Shown one piece after another: positions 19,505 through 30,901 of a stretch of 64,000 bases of DNA (the stretch's first letter is position 1; every line of letters begins with the position of its first letter). The notes under the pieces were generated by a model. That model worked only from the letters and a program-made list of their open reading frames with translations. It was not told the origin of the DNA and ran no database searches. Made by a program: the position numbers and the translations under genes. The DNA comes from an uncultured bacterium (lineage in GTDB: Bacteria; Patescibacteriota; Minisyncoccia; UBA6257; 2-01-FULL-56-20): the NCBI GenBank assembly GCA_963718575.1, contig OY970358.1:642172-706171 (forward strand), written 5' to 3'.

Positions 19505-20191
19505 TTACGCTTTTGCAACGGCAAGTGCTAGGATCTTTTTGGCACCGGCGGATTTGAGGATGTGGCTGGCCTCGGTGAAGGTGGTGCCGGAAGTGGTGAC
19601 GTCGTCCACGAGGACGATCTTTTTGTTCTGCACATTCGCGCCGGGCGCGATGGCGAAGCAGTCCTTAATGTTTTCCCGTCGCTCAAAGATGTCTTCGGTA
19701 TCGCTTTGCGGTTTTCGATGCACGATGCGCGCGAGGACATGTTCTTCAAATGGGATGCCGAGCGCGCGGGCGAACGGGCGCGCGATGAGCGCGGACTGGT
19801 TGAATCCGCGCGCCCGCGCGCGTTTTACGGAGAGCGGCACCGGCGTCACTATATAATTCTGCAGGTCGAGCGGTAGCCGTTTGATATATTTGGCGAGCAT
19901 ATCCGCGAGCGGCGCGGCGGCGGCCTCGATTCCCTGGAACTTGAGCGCATGGATAAGCGCGCGGAGCGATTCGTCGTCGTACGCCGCCGCCGCGCCGAGG
20001 AGGTACGGTGCGTTTTTATGGCAGATCTTCTTTTGCTCCGGAAGCCGCGCGGCGCAGGTGCCGCAGAAGAGCGTATCGAATCCGACGATGCTGTTTTTGC
20101 AGCTATCGCAGATGACGCCATTCGCAATGGAATCGCCGCACCCCACGCACGTTGGAGGAAAAAATATGTCTCCGAAGAAGTTGAAATTCAT
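19505..20191 (-). CDS. comF: ComF family competence protein (zinc ribbon plus PRTase)
   Basis: FPPTCVGC, PVPLS...RGFNQS, VDDVTTSGTT. Confidence 0.95.
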   Translation of the reverse strand: MNFNFFGDIFFPPTCVGCGDSIANGVICDSCKNSIVGFDTLFCGTCAARLPEQKKICHKNAPYLLGAAAAYDDESLRALIHALKFQGIEAAAAPLADMLAKYIKRLPLDLQNYIVTPVPLSVKRARARGFNQSALIARPFARALGIPFEEHVLARIVHRKPQSDTEDIFERRENIKDCFAIAPGANVQNKKIVLVDDVTTSGTTFTEASHILKSAGAKKILALAVAKA

Positions 20192-20235
20192 GCTATTATA
20201 TAGTAAAGAAGCCGCATTAAAATCCTATTAATCGG

Positions 20236-21306
20236 ATGTCCTTATTTTCGCAGAACAAATCATGCCTTGGCGTTGATATCGGCACGACCACCATCAAGAT
20301 GGTGGAGGTGACCGCCGGGAAAAGAGGCCCCCGCATTACCAACTACGGGATGTTGGAATCGAGCGGATATCTCGCGCGCGCCAATCAGGCTTTGCAGACG
20401 AGCGGATTGAAGATCTTTGAAAAGGATGCGGTAGCACTCCTCCGAGCCCTTATAAAACAGCTTGGCACGTCGACGAAGGACGCCATCGCCTCGTTGCCGC
20501 CGTTCGACGTGTTCATGACGATCGTTGATTTTCCCGCGATGGATCCGAAGGATGTCGCAAAGGCGCTCGTGTATCAGGCAAAGCAATATGTGCCGATGCC
20601 GCTTTCCGAAGTGGCGCTCGACTGGATGAAGATCGCGGATTATCAGGATGAGAAGGGGTTTGCGCATCAAAAAATATTATTGATCTCCGTCCCGCAGGAG
20701 CAGATAAAAAAATATCAGCATATGTTCGAGGCGGCGGGGTTGCGCCTGCGCGCGCTCGAGATCGAATCGCTTTCTTTGGCGCGCATCTTCGCCGGCGATC
20801 CGACGCCCACGATCGTCGTGGACATCGGGTCCCGATCCACGAACATCATCTTTATGGAAAAAGGGGTGCTTGCGTGGGGCGCGCAGAGCGATATTGCCGC
20901 CGCGTCGCTCACCCAGGCGCTCGTGACGAGCCTGGGGATCAATCCGATGCGCGCCGAAGAGCTCAAGCGGGAGCGGGGAATATCGGGGACGGGACCCAAC
21001 TATGAGTTATCCACAATAATGATGCCGTTTTTGGATGGTATAGTTAATGAGGTGAAGAAGGCGACATACAGTTACCGCCAGCAATTTTCCACGGCATCGA
21101 CCGCGGAGCGCGTCGTGCTCGCGGGAGGTGGCGCGAACCTGTCGGGCATCGAGAAATATTTCGAGAAAGAGTTCGGCATCCCCGTGGTAAAGGTGGCGCC
21201 GTTCTCACGGTTCGAATATCCCGATACGATCGCGCCGTTCGTTCCTGAGCTCGGCGCCCCGATGGCCGTAGCACTCGGCCTGGGAATGAAGCAATTCATC
21301 ACATAA
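20236..21306 (+). CDS. pilM: Type IV pilus assembly protein PilM
   Basis: GVDIGTTTIKMVE, VDIGSRST, LAGGGA actin-like motifs. Confidence 0.93.
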   Translation: MSLFSQNKSCLGVDIGTTTIKMVEVTAGKRGPRITNYGMLESSGYLARANQALQTSGLKIFEKDAVALLRALIKQLGTSTKDAIASLPPFDVFMTIVDFPAMDPKDVAKALVYQAKQYVPMPLSEVALDWMKIADYQDEKGFAHQKILLISVPQEQIKKYQHMFEAAGLRLRALEIESLSLARIFAGDPTPTIVVDIGSRSTNIIFMEKGVLAWGAQSDIAAASLTQALVTSLGINPMRAEELKRERGISGTGPNYELSTIMMPFLDGIVNEVKKATYSYRQQFSTASTAERVVLAGGGANLSGIEKYFEKEFGIPVVKVAPFSRFEYPDTIAPFVPELGAPMAVALGLGMKQFIT

Positions 21307-21313
21307 TCACATC

Positions 21314-21875
21314 ATGCCTCTTCCGGAAAAAGTCATCGAACAATTAGGACAGGAACCCTCCGGGACCCAGGGCTGGGCCACGGGAGCCATCTTTTTTTCG
21401 TTCGGCATCCTTTTTCTTTCTGTTGCGATATACTTTGGGCTCACGTTTGGCTATGCGCCGTATTTGCAGGGGCAACTCAAAGACACGCAGGGCCAGGTGA
21501 CCACGCTGAACAATTCCGTCTCCGCAAGCGAACAATCCCAGCTGATCGATTTTTATTCCCAGATCGCGAATCTTCAGACATTGTTGCAGAACCATGTGCT
21601 TGCCTCGCATTTTTTCACGTGGCTTGAGCAGAACACCGAGGCGAACGTGTATTATCAATCGCTCAACCTCACCCAGGGGACCCAGGTGACGCTTTCGGGC
21701 GTGGCGAAGACCGAGGCCGACATCAATCAGCAGATCGCGATTTTTGAAAACTCTCCCGACGTCTCTTCGGTATCCGTTTCGAACGTCACTGCGCCGCAGC
21801 TCCTCGGCACCGGGCTGGACCTTCAATGCGACGCTCGTCATGAATCCGTCGGTATTTTCGGCATCTACTCAATGA
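21314..21875 (+). CDS. pilN: PilN-like protein (frameshift near 21812)
   Basis: TM plus coiled-coil and LSGVA; natural end WTFNATLVMNPSVFSASTQ* lies in a shifted frame. Confidence 0.7.
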
Positions 21876-21876
21876 T

Positions 21877-22524
21877 ATGAAACAAGAGACCAAACGGCTT
21901 TCCAGTATTCATCATCGCGGCGCTGATCATCGCCGGGGCGTTGGTGGTGTACTTCGAATTCATCGTTCCCGCGTACACCAATCTTGAGACCGTCAAAGGC
22001 CAGGAAGAGAGCGAGCAGATGCTCTATGCAAATGAAACTCAGATCGTGACCCAGGTGAAGAACCTTCTTAGCAGCTATCAGAGCGACGCATCGTCCAGCC
22101 AGTCGGTGGCCATGGCGTTGCCGGTGGGTCCGGACGTCTCGGGCGCGCTCGCGCAGATCTATGGTATTGCGGCGAACACGGGAGTGACGATCCAGGGAAC
22201 GGGAGTTTCAACCCGCGCGATACAAGCGGTCGGCGGCGCAGGCGAATATTGCGAGCGTCCCGAGCAGCCAGCTTGTGAATGCCGCCGCTGCCGGATCGAT
22301 CGTCAAGCCGACGGGTACGGTATCGTTCCAGGTCGACGGGATCGGGCAGTTATGAGGCATTCAAGAGCATTCCTTAGGCCCTCGAGACGAACATCCGGAT
22401 ATTCAACGTGACCGCGATCTCCTTGCAACCGGTGACGGTTTCACTCGCTATAAAGGACCAGACGGCAAATCAGGATATTTTCAATTACACCATAACGGTC
22501 GTAACCTATTATCAGTCTCCATAA
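21877..22524 (+). CDS. pilO: PilO-like protein (several frameshifts)
   Basis: MKQETKRLS..TM..ALPVGPD; shifted segments read GSYEAFK..L...ETNIRIFNV; ends YYQSP*. Confidence 0.7.
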
Positions 22525-22533
22525 AACAACCTC

Positions 22534-22835
22534 ATGGCGATCATCGTTGAAGAAAGCGAAAAAAAGAGCAATCTGTTCGGCATCGTCGGATGGCTGGTCT
22601 TTTTGGCGATCGCCGGCGCGGCAGTCTATTATCTGTTTTTTGCGCAACCGCAGCTGGTGACCATCCCCGCATCGGGGACGCTTGGCTACGATCGCGCCCA
22701 TCGCGCAGATATCCTTGCAACCGCAGACGGTGGTGCAGGGTCCGGAGTTTTCTGGCGCTGACCTCCACGATCGCATTGCCAACGCCGCAAGGCCCGGCGC
22801 CGGTCGGGCGGACCGATCCGTTCGTCGCACCCTAG
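22534..22835 (+). CDS. Small single-TM pilus-associated protein (frameshifted)
   Basis: MAIIVEE..TM..; C-terminal GRTDPF lies in a shifted frame. Confidence 0.6.
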
Positions 22836-22955
22836 CATTATATTGCCACACCCTTTCTGAGGGACGCGTCGCGGTCTGCTGACCGCGCGCTTACTCTCGC
22901 CGCCTGCGCGGATCCGAGATGCCCCCAGAAAGGGTGTGGCAATATAATGCTAGGG
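22830..22955 (-). repeat. Core-plus-unique-arms element, copy A
   Basis: Perfect 30-bp inverted arms 22830-22859 / 22926-22955 around the shared core. Confidence 0.9.
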
Positions 22956-23010
22956 GACAAAAATAACTTTATAAATAAAATTATTTTGCCCAGCGTGGTA
23001 GAATAGAGAC

Positions 23011-24738
23011 ATGACGTAGCGATGAACTTCTCCAACAACTGCAGAGTCGGGGATTGATCACCGAGGCGATCGCCGCGCGGCTTAAGCGCGATGCGATCGT
23101 GGGAAACGAATCGGCGGAAGATATCATCGAGCGCGAGCAGATCGTGCCCGATGAACAGCTTGCGTCGCTTAAGAGCGAGCTGCTCAAGGTTCCTTATAAG
23201 AAGATAGATCCGAACGCGCTGACCGCGGAGCTGATGGGCGTCGTGCCCGAAGAGACCGCGCGGACGTATCATGCCGTTCCGATCAGCCTGCAGGACGGAT
23301 CTGCTCGTCGTCGGCATGCTGCATCCGGACGATCCAAAGGCGCAGGAAGCGATGAAGTTCATCGCGCGGCAGAATCATTTCAATCTCGGCGTTTATCTTG
23401 TCTCGTACAAGGACCTTGCAGGCGGCGCTCCGGAAATATTCTCCCGTATCGTGCGGAAGTGGAGGCGGCCGTGCGATCGCTGAACTTAAAAGACGGATCG
23501 GACGGCCAGCGAGGCGATCGAACTCGAAGGAGGCGACAGCGCCGATGCGCCGATCATCAAGATCGTCGCGGATACATTCAAGGAGGCGGTGCTCAATAAG
23601 GCGTCGGACGTGCATATCGAGCCGCAGCAAAAATCGTTGCGCATCCGCTTGCGCATTGACGGCGATCTGCGCGAAGTGGCGTCGATGCCGGTGGAGCTTG
23701 CCCAGCCGATCACGTCGCGCATCAAGGTCATTTCCAGTTTGAAGATCGACGAGAATCGCGTGCCGCAGGACGGCCGCTTCCGCGCAAAACTGTTCGATCG
23801 CGATATCGACTTCCGCGTCGCCACGTTTCCGACGCCGCTCGGCGAGAAGATCGCCATCCGCGTGCTCGATCCCACGACCGGCCTCAAGAATTTCGAGCAG
23901 CTTCGATCTTCTCGACGCCCACGCGCGAGATCATCAAAGAAGGATTGGCAAAAGCCGTTCGGCATGGTGCTCATCACCGGCCCCACCGGTTCCGGAAAGA
24001 CGACGACGCTCTACGCATTTTTGCAATCAATGAACACCGAGGATGTGAACATCGTCTCGCTCGAAGACCCGGTGGAATATTTCGTTTCAGGCATTAACCA
24101 GTCGCAGGTGCGTCCGGAGATCGGCTACGACTTCGCATCGGGATTGCGACAGATCTTGCGCCAGGACCCGGACATCATCATGGTCGGTGAGATCCGCGAC
24201 AACGAGACCGCCGGCCTTGCGGTGCAAGCCGCGCTCACCGGCCATGTCGTGCTTTCCACACTGCACACCAACAACAGCGCGGGCGTCATCCCGCGGCTCA
24301 TCGATATGAAGGTGGAGCCGTTCCTTATCCCGGTATCGCTCAGCCTTGATGATCGCCCAGCGTCTCGTGGGCGTGCTCTGCCCGAACTGTAAAGCGCCCG
24401 AATCGGCGCCGGCGGAGGTGCAGAAGATCATCACGCGCGCGCTTGCCGACCTTCCGCCGGATATCACTGCGGATTTCAAGGCGCCGTATCAGATCTATCA
24501 CGCAAAAGGATGTGCCACGTGCAAGGGCCGCGGCGTTCTCGGCCGCACCGGCATCTTCGAGGCATTCGCCGTCACAAAGGAGATCGAGGATATCGTGAGC
24601 GCCGGCGTCACCACGCAAAAGATCACGGCGCAGGCGAAAGCGCAGGGGATGATCACATTACGCCAGGATGGGATCGTGAAGGCGTTAAGGGGAATCGTAT
24701 CGATCGAAGAGATCATTCGGGAAACGGAGGAGGCGTAG
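23011..24738 (+). CDS. pilB: Type IV pilus assembly ATPase PilB/GspE (multiple frameshifts)
   Basis: ASDVHIEP, PQDGR, GPTGSGKTT, LRQDPD, GEIRD, STLHTN and CxxC motifs spread over shifted frames. Confidence 0.92.
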
Positions 24739-24787
24739 AATACTCCTCCTGTTCCGCTTACCTTTCTTGATGTGGTAATATTAGTGC

Positions 24788-25863
24788 ATGGATGACTTCA
24801 AGCAACAGCTGAATGATCTTTTGACGACGACGGCGAAGCAGAATGCGTCGGATCTTCACCTTGCGGTGGGCCGCAAGCCGACCCTGCGCATCGACGGGGT
24901 GCTCGATCCCGCTCGAAAAAGAGCCGATCATGACGCCGGAATCGGCGGAAGGGATCATTTCGCAGATGCTCACGCCGGAGCAGAAGACGAAATTGCTCAC
25001 CCAGCGCCAGATCGACTTCGCGTACAGCTTCGAAGAGAAGGCGCGGTTCCGCGTGAACGTCTATTTCCAGCGCGGATATCTCGCCGCCGCGTTGCGTCTT
25101 ATCCCTACGCGCATCAAAACGATCGAAGAGCTGAACCTTCCGCCGTTGCTTCATGACTTCGCCCAGCTCTCGCAGGGATTCGTGCTTGTGGTGGGGCCGG
25201 CCGGGCATGGAAAATCGTCCACGCTCGCCGCGATCGTGGATGAGATCAATCACACGCGCACCGACCACATCATCACGATCGAGGATCCGGTGGAATATCT
25301 TTTTACGCAGGACAAATGCATCGTCTCGCAGCGCGAGGTCGGCAGTGACACCACGAGTTTCCATTCCGCGCTCCGCACCGTGCTGCGACAGGACCCGGAC
25401 GTCGTGATGATCGGCGAGATGCGCGACGGCGTTTCGATCGGCACGGCCATGACCGCATCCGAAACGGGACACCTCGTGCGTTTCCACGCTGCACACCAAC
25501 TCCGCGTCACAGACGATCGACCGCATCATCGATTCCTTCCCGGCGGATCAGCAGGGACAGGTCACGTCACAGCTTGCCGCGACGCTCGTCGCGATCATAT
25601 CGATCCGTCTGCTCCCGCGCATCTCCGGCGGCCGCATTCCGGCGATGGAGATCATGATCGTGAATCCCGCCATCCGCAATCTTATCCGCGAGCGCAAGAC
25701 CTATCAGATCGACCTCGTCATCGAAACGAGCTTGCAGGAGGGCATGGTGACGCTCAACCGCTCGCTCGTGAATCTGATAAAAAATAAAGAGGTGACGCTC
25801 GACAATGCGGAGTTGTATTCGCTTAACCCGGCCGAACTCCGTATTTTGTTGGAGCGGACCTAA
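24788..25863 (+). CDS. pilT: Pilus retraction ATPase PilT (frameshifts near 24905 and 25480)
   Basis: ASDLHL, GPAGHGKSST, EDPVEY, LRQDPD, AIRNLIRE. Confidence 0.92.
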
Positions 25864-25866
25864 CGA

Positions 25867-27080
25867 ATGAAATTCAAGTATCAGGCCAAAACAAAAGAAG
25901 GTGCGACGCAGGTGGGATTTGTGGAGGCGGCGAACCGCGATGCGGCAAGCGCGATCCTCGCGAGCCACGAACTTTTTGTGCTGAGCGTCGTCGCGGATCA
26001 GCCGCCGACCGCGCTCGATAACATTGCGGGATTTTTCGGCCGCGTGGGACGCAAAGATCTCATCGTCTTCACCCGTCAGCTTGCAACACTGCTCGAGGCG
26101 CGCCTCCCGTTGAACAATGCGCTCAAAATTTTATTCGAGCAGACCACCAATAAAAATCTCAAAGAGGCCATTTCGCAGGTGACCTATGACATCGATGCGG
26201 GCATATCGTTCTCCGCGGCGATGGAACGGCAGGGAAAGATATTTCCCGATTATTATATTGAGATGGTGCGCGCCGCCGAGGTCACGGGCAATATGAACGA
26301 GGTTGCGGCATTCCTTGCGGACTATACCGAAAAGGAAGGAGACCTTGCGAGCAAAGGCATCGTCGGCGCTTGTGTATCCTGGGCATCGTCGTCGTGCTTT
26401 TCGTCGTCGTAGCGTTCATCCTTCTCACATTCGTCTATCCGTCGCTCGGCGGCGTGTTTGCGGAAAACGGCGTCGCGCTTCCATGGTATACGCAGATACT
26501 CTTGAACACGGGGACGTTCCTGAACAAGTGGTGGGTCGCCGTCGTGGTCGCCGTCATCGCCCTTGCCGCGGTAGCCGTCAATTATTTCCAGACGGAAGAA
26601 GGCGAGGCGATCCTCGACGAGGCGAAGATCCGCCTGCCGATCGTGAAGCAGGTCTATCTGCCGGTCATCATGGCGCGGTTCGGCAATTCGGCGGCGCTGC
26701 TCGTGCACGGCGGTATTCCCATTGCGCAGTCGCTCGAGATCATCGGGCACATGGTGGGGAATGTGCTCTATCGTGATGTCGTGCATGAGATCGCGGAAGA
26801 TGTGCGGCAGGGAACCCTCCTTTCGGCGAGCATCGCGAAATATCCGCAATATTTCCCGCCGCTCATTTCGCAGATGGTGGCGGTAGGGGAAACGACGGGG
26901 AAGATCGAAGAGATGTTCGCGCGGCTTTCCGGCATCTATACCCGCGAGGCGGATGCGATCACCAACAACCTCGTGGACCTTATCCAGCCGGTGCTCATGA
27001 TCGGCATCGGCGTCATGGTGGGCCTCCTTTTTGCCTCCATTCTCATCCCTATTTACAGCCTCACGGAGAGCATCCATTGA
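25867..27080 (+). CDS. pilC: Type IV pilus platform protein PilC (frameshifted near 26355-26380)
   Basis: FTRQLATLL, VGETTGKI; two T2SSF-like halves. Confidence 0.92.
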
Positions 27081-27119
27081 AAATGGTACAATAAAAGGGT
27101 CGAAACATACTTTATCAAC

Positions 27120-27614
27120 ATGAACATAAAACAAAAAGAGGGATTCACCCTTATTGAAATCTTAATCGTCGTCGCGATCATCGCCATTCTCGCATCGGTC
27201 GTGCTCGTCGGCCTCGGTCCAACGCAGGAAGCCGGTCGTGACGCGCGGAGAATTTCGGATCTGAGCGAGGTGCAGAACGGTCTGGAGCTTTACTATAACG
27301 AGTGCGGCTTTTATCCGGGGCCGGCACAGGCAGCTACCCCTTGCAGCGCTTTCGGCAGCCCGCTTACCTCTTGGTCGGATTTGAGTGCTTCGCTTACCGG
27401 AACTCCCGGAATCGGCGTGGCGAACGTTCCTAACGATCCAAGTTCCGGACGCAGTTATGAGTACGGTACGGACAGTATCGGAAGTACGTATGTCCTTGAG
27501 GCGACGCTCGAGAACGGAGGGAACTCGGTGTTCACCGGTTATAATCCGCCTTCCCTTACCGGGATAGCGAACATAACTTCGTGTGCGTCCCCGAGCTATT
27601 GTAAGACTCTTTGA
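27120..27614 (+). CDS. Type IV pilin (probable major pilin)
   Basis: KEG-FTLIEILIVVAII class III signal, GRDARRISD, C-terminal Cys pair, own terminator. Confidence 0.9.
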   Translation: MNIKQKEGFTLIEILIVVAIIAILASVVLVGLGPTQEAGRDARRISDLSEVQNGLELYYNECGFYPGPAQAATPCSAFGSPLTSWSDLSASLTGTPGIGVANVPNDPSSGRSYEYGTDSIGSTYVLEATLENGGNSVFTGYNPPSLTGIANITSCASPSYCKTL

Positions 27615-27635
27615 TCTGCTTGATGTAAGGAATAC

Positions 27636-27664
27636 CCAAAATCCCGCTCCGGCGGGTTTTTTGG
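27636..27664 (+). terminator. Terminator after pilin
   Basis: AATCCCGC-TCCG-GCGGGTTTTTT. Confidence 0.75.
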
Positions 27665-27676
27665 TAGAATGGGTCT

Positions 27677-28537
27677 ATGCTGTGGTTTTTTCTTTTTGTC
27701 TTCGGGATCATCTTCGGAAGTTTTTTGAACGTGGTGATTTTGCGCTACGACGGCGAGCGATTTTTGCTCGACGTGAAAACGCTCGGCGGGCGATCGCATT
27801 GCATGCATTGCGGGAAGACCTTGCGGTGGTTCGAACTCGTGCCGATCTTTAGTTTTGTCATCCAGCGCGGCCGGTGCCGGCGGTGTGATGCGCGGCTCAA
27901 TGTCCAGTATCCGATCGTGGAAGCGTTGTCGGGATCGATCTTCGTGTTCGTGCCGTTTGTATTTGGCGCCGCCGCGGGCGGCATTGCGGGCCCGCTTCTC
28001 ATCGTCGCCATCGTATGGGTCTCCGTATTCGAGGCATTGCTCGTCATGTCCGCCGTCGATATCCGGCTCGGCATCATTCCCGATGAGATCAATGTATTCC
28101 TCGGCGTGATCGGCGTTTTTCTTGCGATCATTTCCGCGGGATATTTCGGCGCGGCGAATCAGTCGTTGCTCGGTCCTTACGCGGCGCTCTTCGGCTGGCA
28201 GGGGAACGTGGTCCTTGCCAGGCTGATCGGCGCCGCGGCGAGCGGCATCTTCTTTGCGGCGCTCATCGGCGTCACCCGGGGCAAAGGCATGGGGATTGGC
28301 GATCTCAAGCTCGCCATCCCGCTCGGCCTGATCTTCGGCTGGCCGGACATCATTTTTTTGATGGTGTTCGCATTTGTTCTCGGCGCGCTCGCGGGCATCA
28401 TCGCCATCGCAGGCGGAAAGAACAGCATGAAAGGGACGCTCCCGTTCGGACCATTCCTCGCGCTCGGCGCTGCGACGATATTTTTCTGGGGGCCGCAGAT
28501 CTTCAACTGGTATTTTTCGCTGATCGGCATTCGGTGA
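27677..28537 (+). CDS. pilD: Prepilin peptidase
   Basis: GSFLNVV, RSHCMHC, GRCRRC, GMGIGDLKL, PFGPFL. Confidence 0.96.
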   Translation: MLWFFLFVFGIIFGSFLNVVILRYDGERFLLDVKTLGGRSHCMHCGKTLRWFELVPIFSFVIQRGRCRRCDARLNVQYPIVEALSGSIFVFVPFVFGAAAGGIAGPLLIVAIVWVSVFEALLVMSAVDIRLGIIPDEINVFLGVIGVFLAIISAGYFGAANQSLLGPYAALFGWQGNVVLARLIGAAASGIFFAALIGVTRGKGMGIGDLKLAIPLGLIFGWPDIIFLMVFAFVLGALAGIIAIAGGKNSMKGTLPFGPFLALGAATIFFWGPQIFNWYFSLIGIR

Positions 28538-28566
28538 GGATGCCGGGGAAGTGATAGAATACTTAT

Positions 28567-29178
28567 ATGCAGAGAAAAGGCTTTACCCTGATAGAGGTTC
28601 TCGTCGTGCTCGCACTCACCGCGCTGCTTTCCGGGATTGCCATCGGCTACACGCACGTGGGGCAGAATGACGTATCGCTTTCCATCGAAGAATCGGAAAT
28701 CGCCCAGATGATCCTCGAGGCAAAGGAACTCTCCATTGCAACGTACAGCTCGAACAGCGTCACGTGCGCATTCGGGGTGCAATTCGATTACGTAAATTCA
28801 ACCTATTCGCTTTTTGCCTATGATGCGGCGGCGAGCCCGTCGCAACCCGGCGGTCGGCCTTTGTGTCCGTCGCTTGCGGGGACGGCCGCAAGCGTGGATC
28901 AAAATGCGATCACCGAATATGCGAACGGGAGTTGGCAGGTGCATACGCCGCCAGGCGTCGTGCTTGATGCCTCCGCAGATCCTGTCGCAAGCGATACCAT
29001 TCAGGATGTGTTGTTCTATCCCCCGAACCCGTTCACATTGATGAGTTTTGATGGCCAGACATTTCAGGATGACTATACGAATCCTCCGGCATCGACGGGG
29101 TATGTCTATCTGAGCACTGTTGGCGGCACTGACAGCCGCACAATAAGCGTGAATACTGACGGCCAGGTCAGTTTATAG
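28567..29178 (+). CDS. Minor pilin
   Basis: RKG-FTLIEVLVVL. Confidence 0.85.
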   Translation: MQRKGFTLIEVLVVLALTALLSGIAIGYTHVGQNDVSLSIEESEIAQMILEAKELSIATYSSNSVTCAFGVQFDYVNSTYSLFAYDAAASPSQPGGRPLCPSLAGTAASVDQNAITEYANGSWQVHTPPGVVLDASADPVASDTIQDVLFYPPNPFTLMSFDGQTFQDDYTNPPASTGYVYLSTVGGTDSRTISVNTDGQVSL

Positions 29179-29206
29179 AATGCGCGATATACGATACTAT
29201 CTATCC

Positions 29207-29758
29207 ATGAGCCCATTGAAATTCTCCATCCGTTCGCGTCGCGGCCAAACGCTCATTGAGGCGCTCGTCGCGCTCAGCATCCTCACCACCGGATTCATCG
29301 GCATCGTGGCGCTTCTCACAAAGTCATTCCAATTGAACCGCACGACGACGAACGACACGCAGGCGACCTACCTTGCGGCCGAGGGGATCGAGATCGTAAA
29401 GAATCTGAGCGACCACGACATCTATTCCGGGTTGCCGAATAATGACGGTTTCGCGCAGTGCTTTGGTCTTGGTCAGGGGCAGACTGGATACTTTAAACTT
29501 GAATACGATACGATGACGTGCCCACCCCCCGTGTATGTCGGGCCGGCGAGCTACCTTTCAGACCCCCTCTATTTCAATTCGGCCACTCACCTCTATACTT
29601 ACAGCACCCTTGGCGCAACACAGACCGATTTTGCCCGTGAGGTAAAAATAACCAACGACGGCGAGGACCTTGACGTGCAGTCGACTGTCACCTGGAGCGA
29701 TGGCGGAACTTCAAACACCATCACCCTTGAGGATCATTTTTACGATTATCATCCATAA
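29207..29758 (+). CDS. Minor pilin (PilV-like)
   Basis: RRG-QTLIEALVAL; A.YLAAEGIE. Confidence 0.85.
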   Translation: MSPLKFSIRSRRGQTLIEALVALSILTTGFIGIVALLTKSFQLNRTTTNDTQATYLAAEGIEIVKNLSDHDIYSGLPNNDGFAQCFGLGQGQTGYFKLEYDTMTCPPPVYVGPASYLSDPLYFNSATHLYTYSTLGATQTDFAREVKITNDGEDLDVQSTVTWSDGGTSNTITLEDHFYDYHP

Positions 29759-29759
29759 C

Positions 29760-30386
29760 ATGAAGAAAGGATTCACCCTCATAGAGATGCTTATCACGGT
29801 CGGGCTGTTCACGATCGTCATCACGATCGCGGTGGGCGCGTTTACGAATGCGATCCGTACGGAACGCCAGGTCTCGTCGCTCATCTCCGCGGAGAGCAAT
29901 GTGAGCCTCGCGCTCGAACAGATGACGCGCGAGATCCGCAATGGGTATCTCTTCTGTCACGACCCCGGGGCCGCCGCTACGGATCCTCCTTCGCCGAGCT
30001 GCAACGATGCTAATAATTCCTCAATGCCGACGTGTACGACTTCAGGCAACCCCGATGATCCGGTGTGGACGTGTCCATCCCTCGACTTCTACGATTCCGA
30101 AACCGGCGATCACATAAATTATTCCTGGGCCGGCGGCTCACTCACGGAAAGCATCAACTCGAGCACCCCCCAATCTATCACGGGCGACAGCGTTTCGGTA
30201 AAGGACCTTCAGTTCGTGCTCTTTGGCCAGACAGAAGGGGATCATTGGCCGCCGCGCATCACCATTTCCCTTGGCATTGCGCCAAGTTCCACTGATCCTG
30301 CTGTCGAGAACGACATCTTCAACCTTGAGACCACGGTGAGCGCGCGTACGATAGACTGCACGCTTGGCCCAAATCCGCAGTGTTAG
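29760..30386 (+). CDS. Minor pilin (PilW-like)
   Basis: KKG-FTLIEMLITV; ALEQMTREIR. Confidence 0.85.
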   Translation: MKKGFTLIEMLITVGLFTIVITIAVGAFTNAIRTERQVSSLISAESNVSLALEQMTREIRNGYLFCHDPGAAATDPPSPSCNDANNSSMPTCTTSGNPDDPVWTCPSLDFYDSETGDHINYSWAGGSLTESINSSTPQSITGDSVSVKDLQFVLFGQTEGDHWPPRITISLGIAPSSTDPAVENDIFNLETTVSARTIDCTLGPNPQC

Positions 30387-30443
30387 AAAAGGCGATCCAT
30401 TATCCACAACCCCCGTTTCCGGAATATCTGGTAAGATAAGAGC

Positions 30444-30893
30444 ATGAAAGACTCAAAACGCATCTGGGCGTGGGTCGGTGTGGCAATCATCGTCATTGTG
30501 ATCGTCGCATGGTTTGTATGGAAATTCGGGGCAGCACACCCGGTGGCGTCCGGTCCGACGCCGGTCTTTGCGCCGCAAGGGCAGCTTGTTCCGCAATTCC
30601 CCAAGGGGCTCATCGTTGACGGCGATGCAGCGATCAGCGGGAGCTATGCCATCAATTATTCCTCGAGCACCAACCAGTACACGGCGGAATACGATTCGTC
30701 GAGCACGGTGACGTCGCTTTATAAAGATTATCAATCGTATCTTTCGGCAAACGGCTGGGTGGTGACCGGTTCTCTCGCTACCCATCCGACGTTCGACGCA
30801 CTTGCGGCGACGCAGGGCAGTAACCAGTTGCAGGTGGTGATCAGCACGAAAGCCAAAGGGTCGCAGGTGACGATAACCTATCTGGTGAAGTAA
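30444..30893 (+). CDS. Single-TM exported hypothetical protein
   Basis: N-terminal TM; Y.DY...LS.NGW motif. Confidence 0.75.
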   Translation: MKDSKRIWAWVGVAIIVIVIVAWFVWKFGAAHPVASGPTPVFAPQGQLVPQFPKGLIVDGDAAISGSYAINYSSSTNQYTAEYDSSSTVTSLYKDYQSYLSANGWVVTGSLATHPTFDALAATQGSNQLQVVISTKAKGSQVTITYLVK

Positions 30894-30901
30894 CAAATAT
30901 T

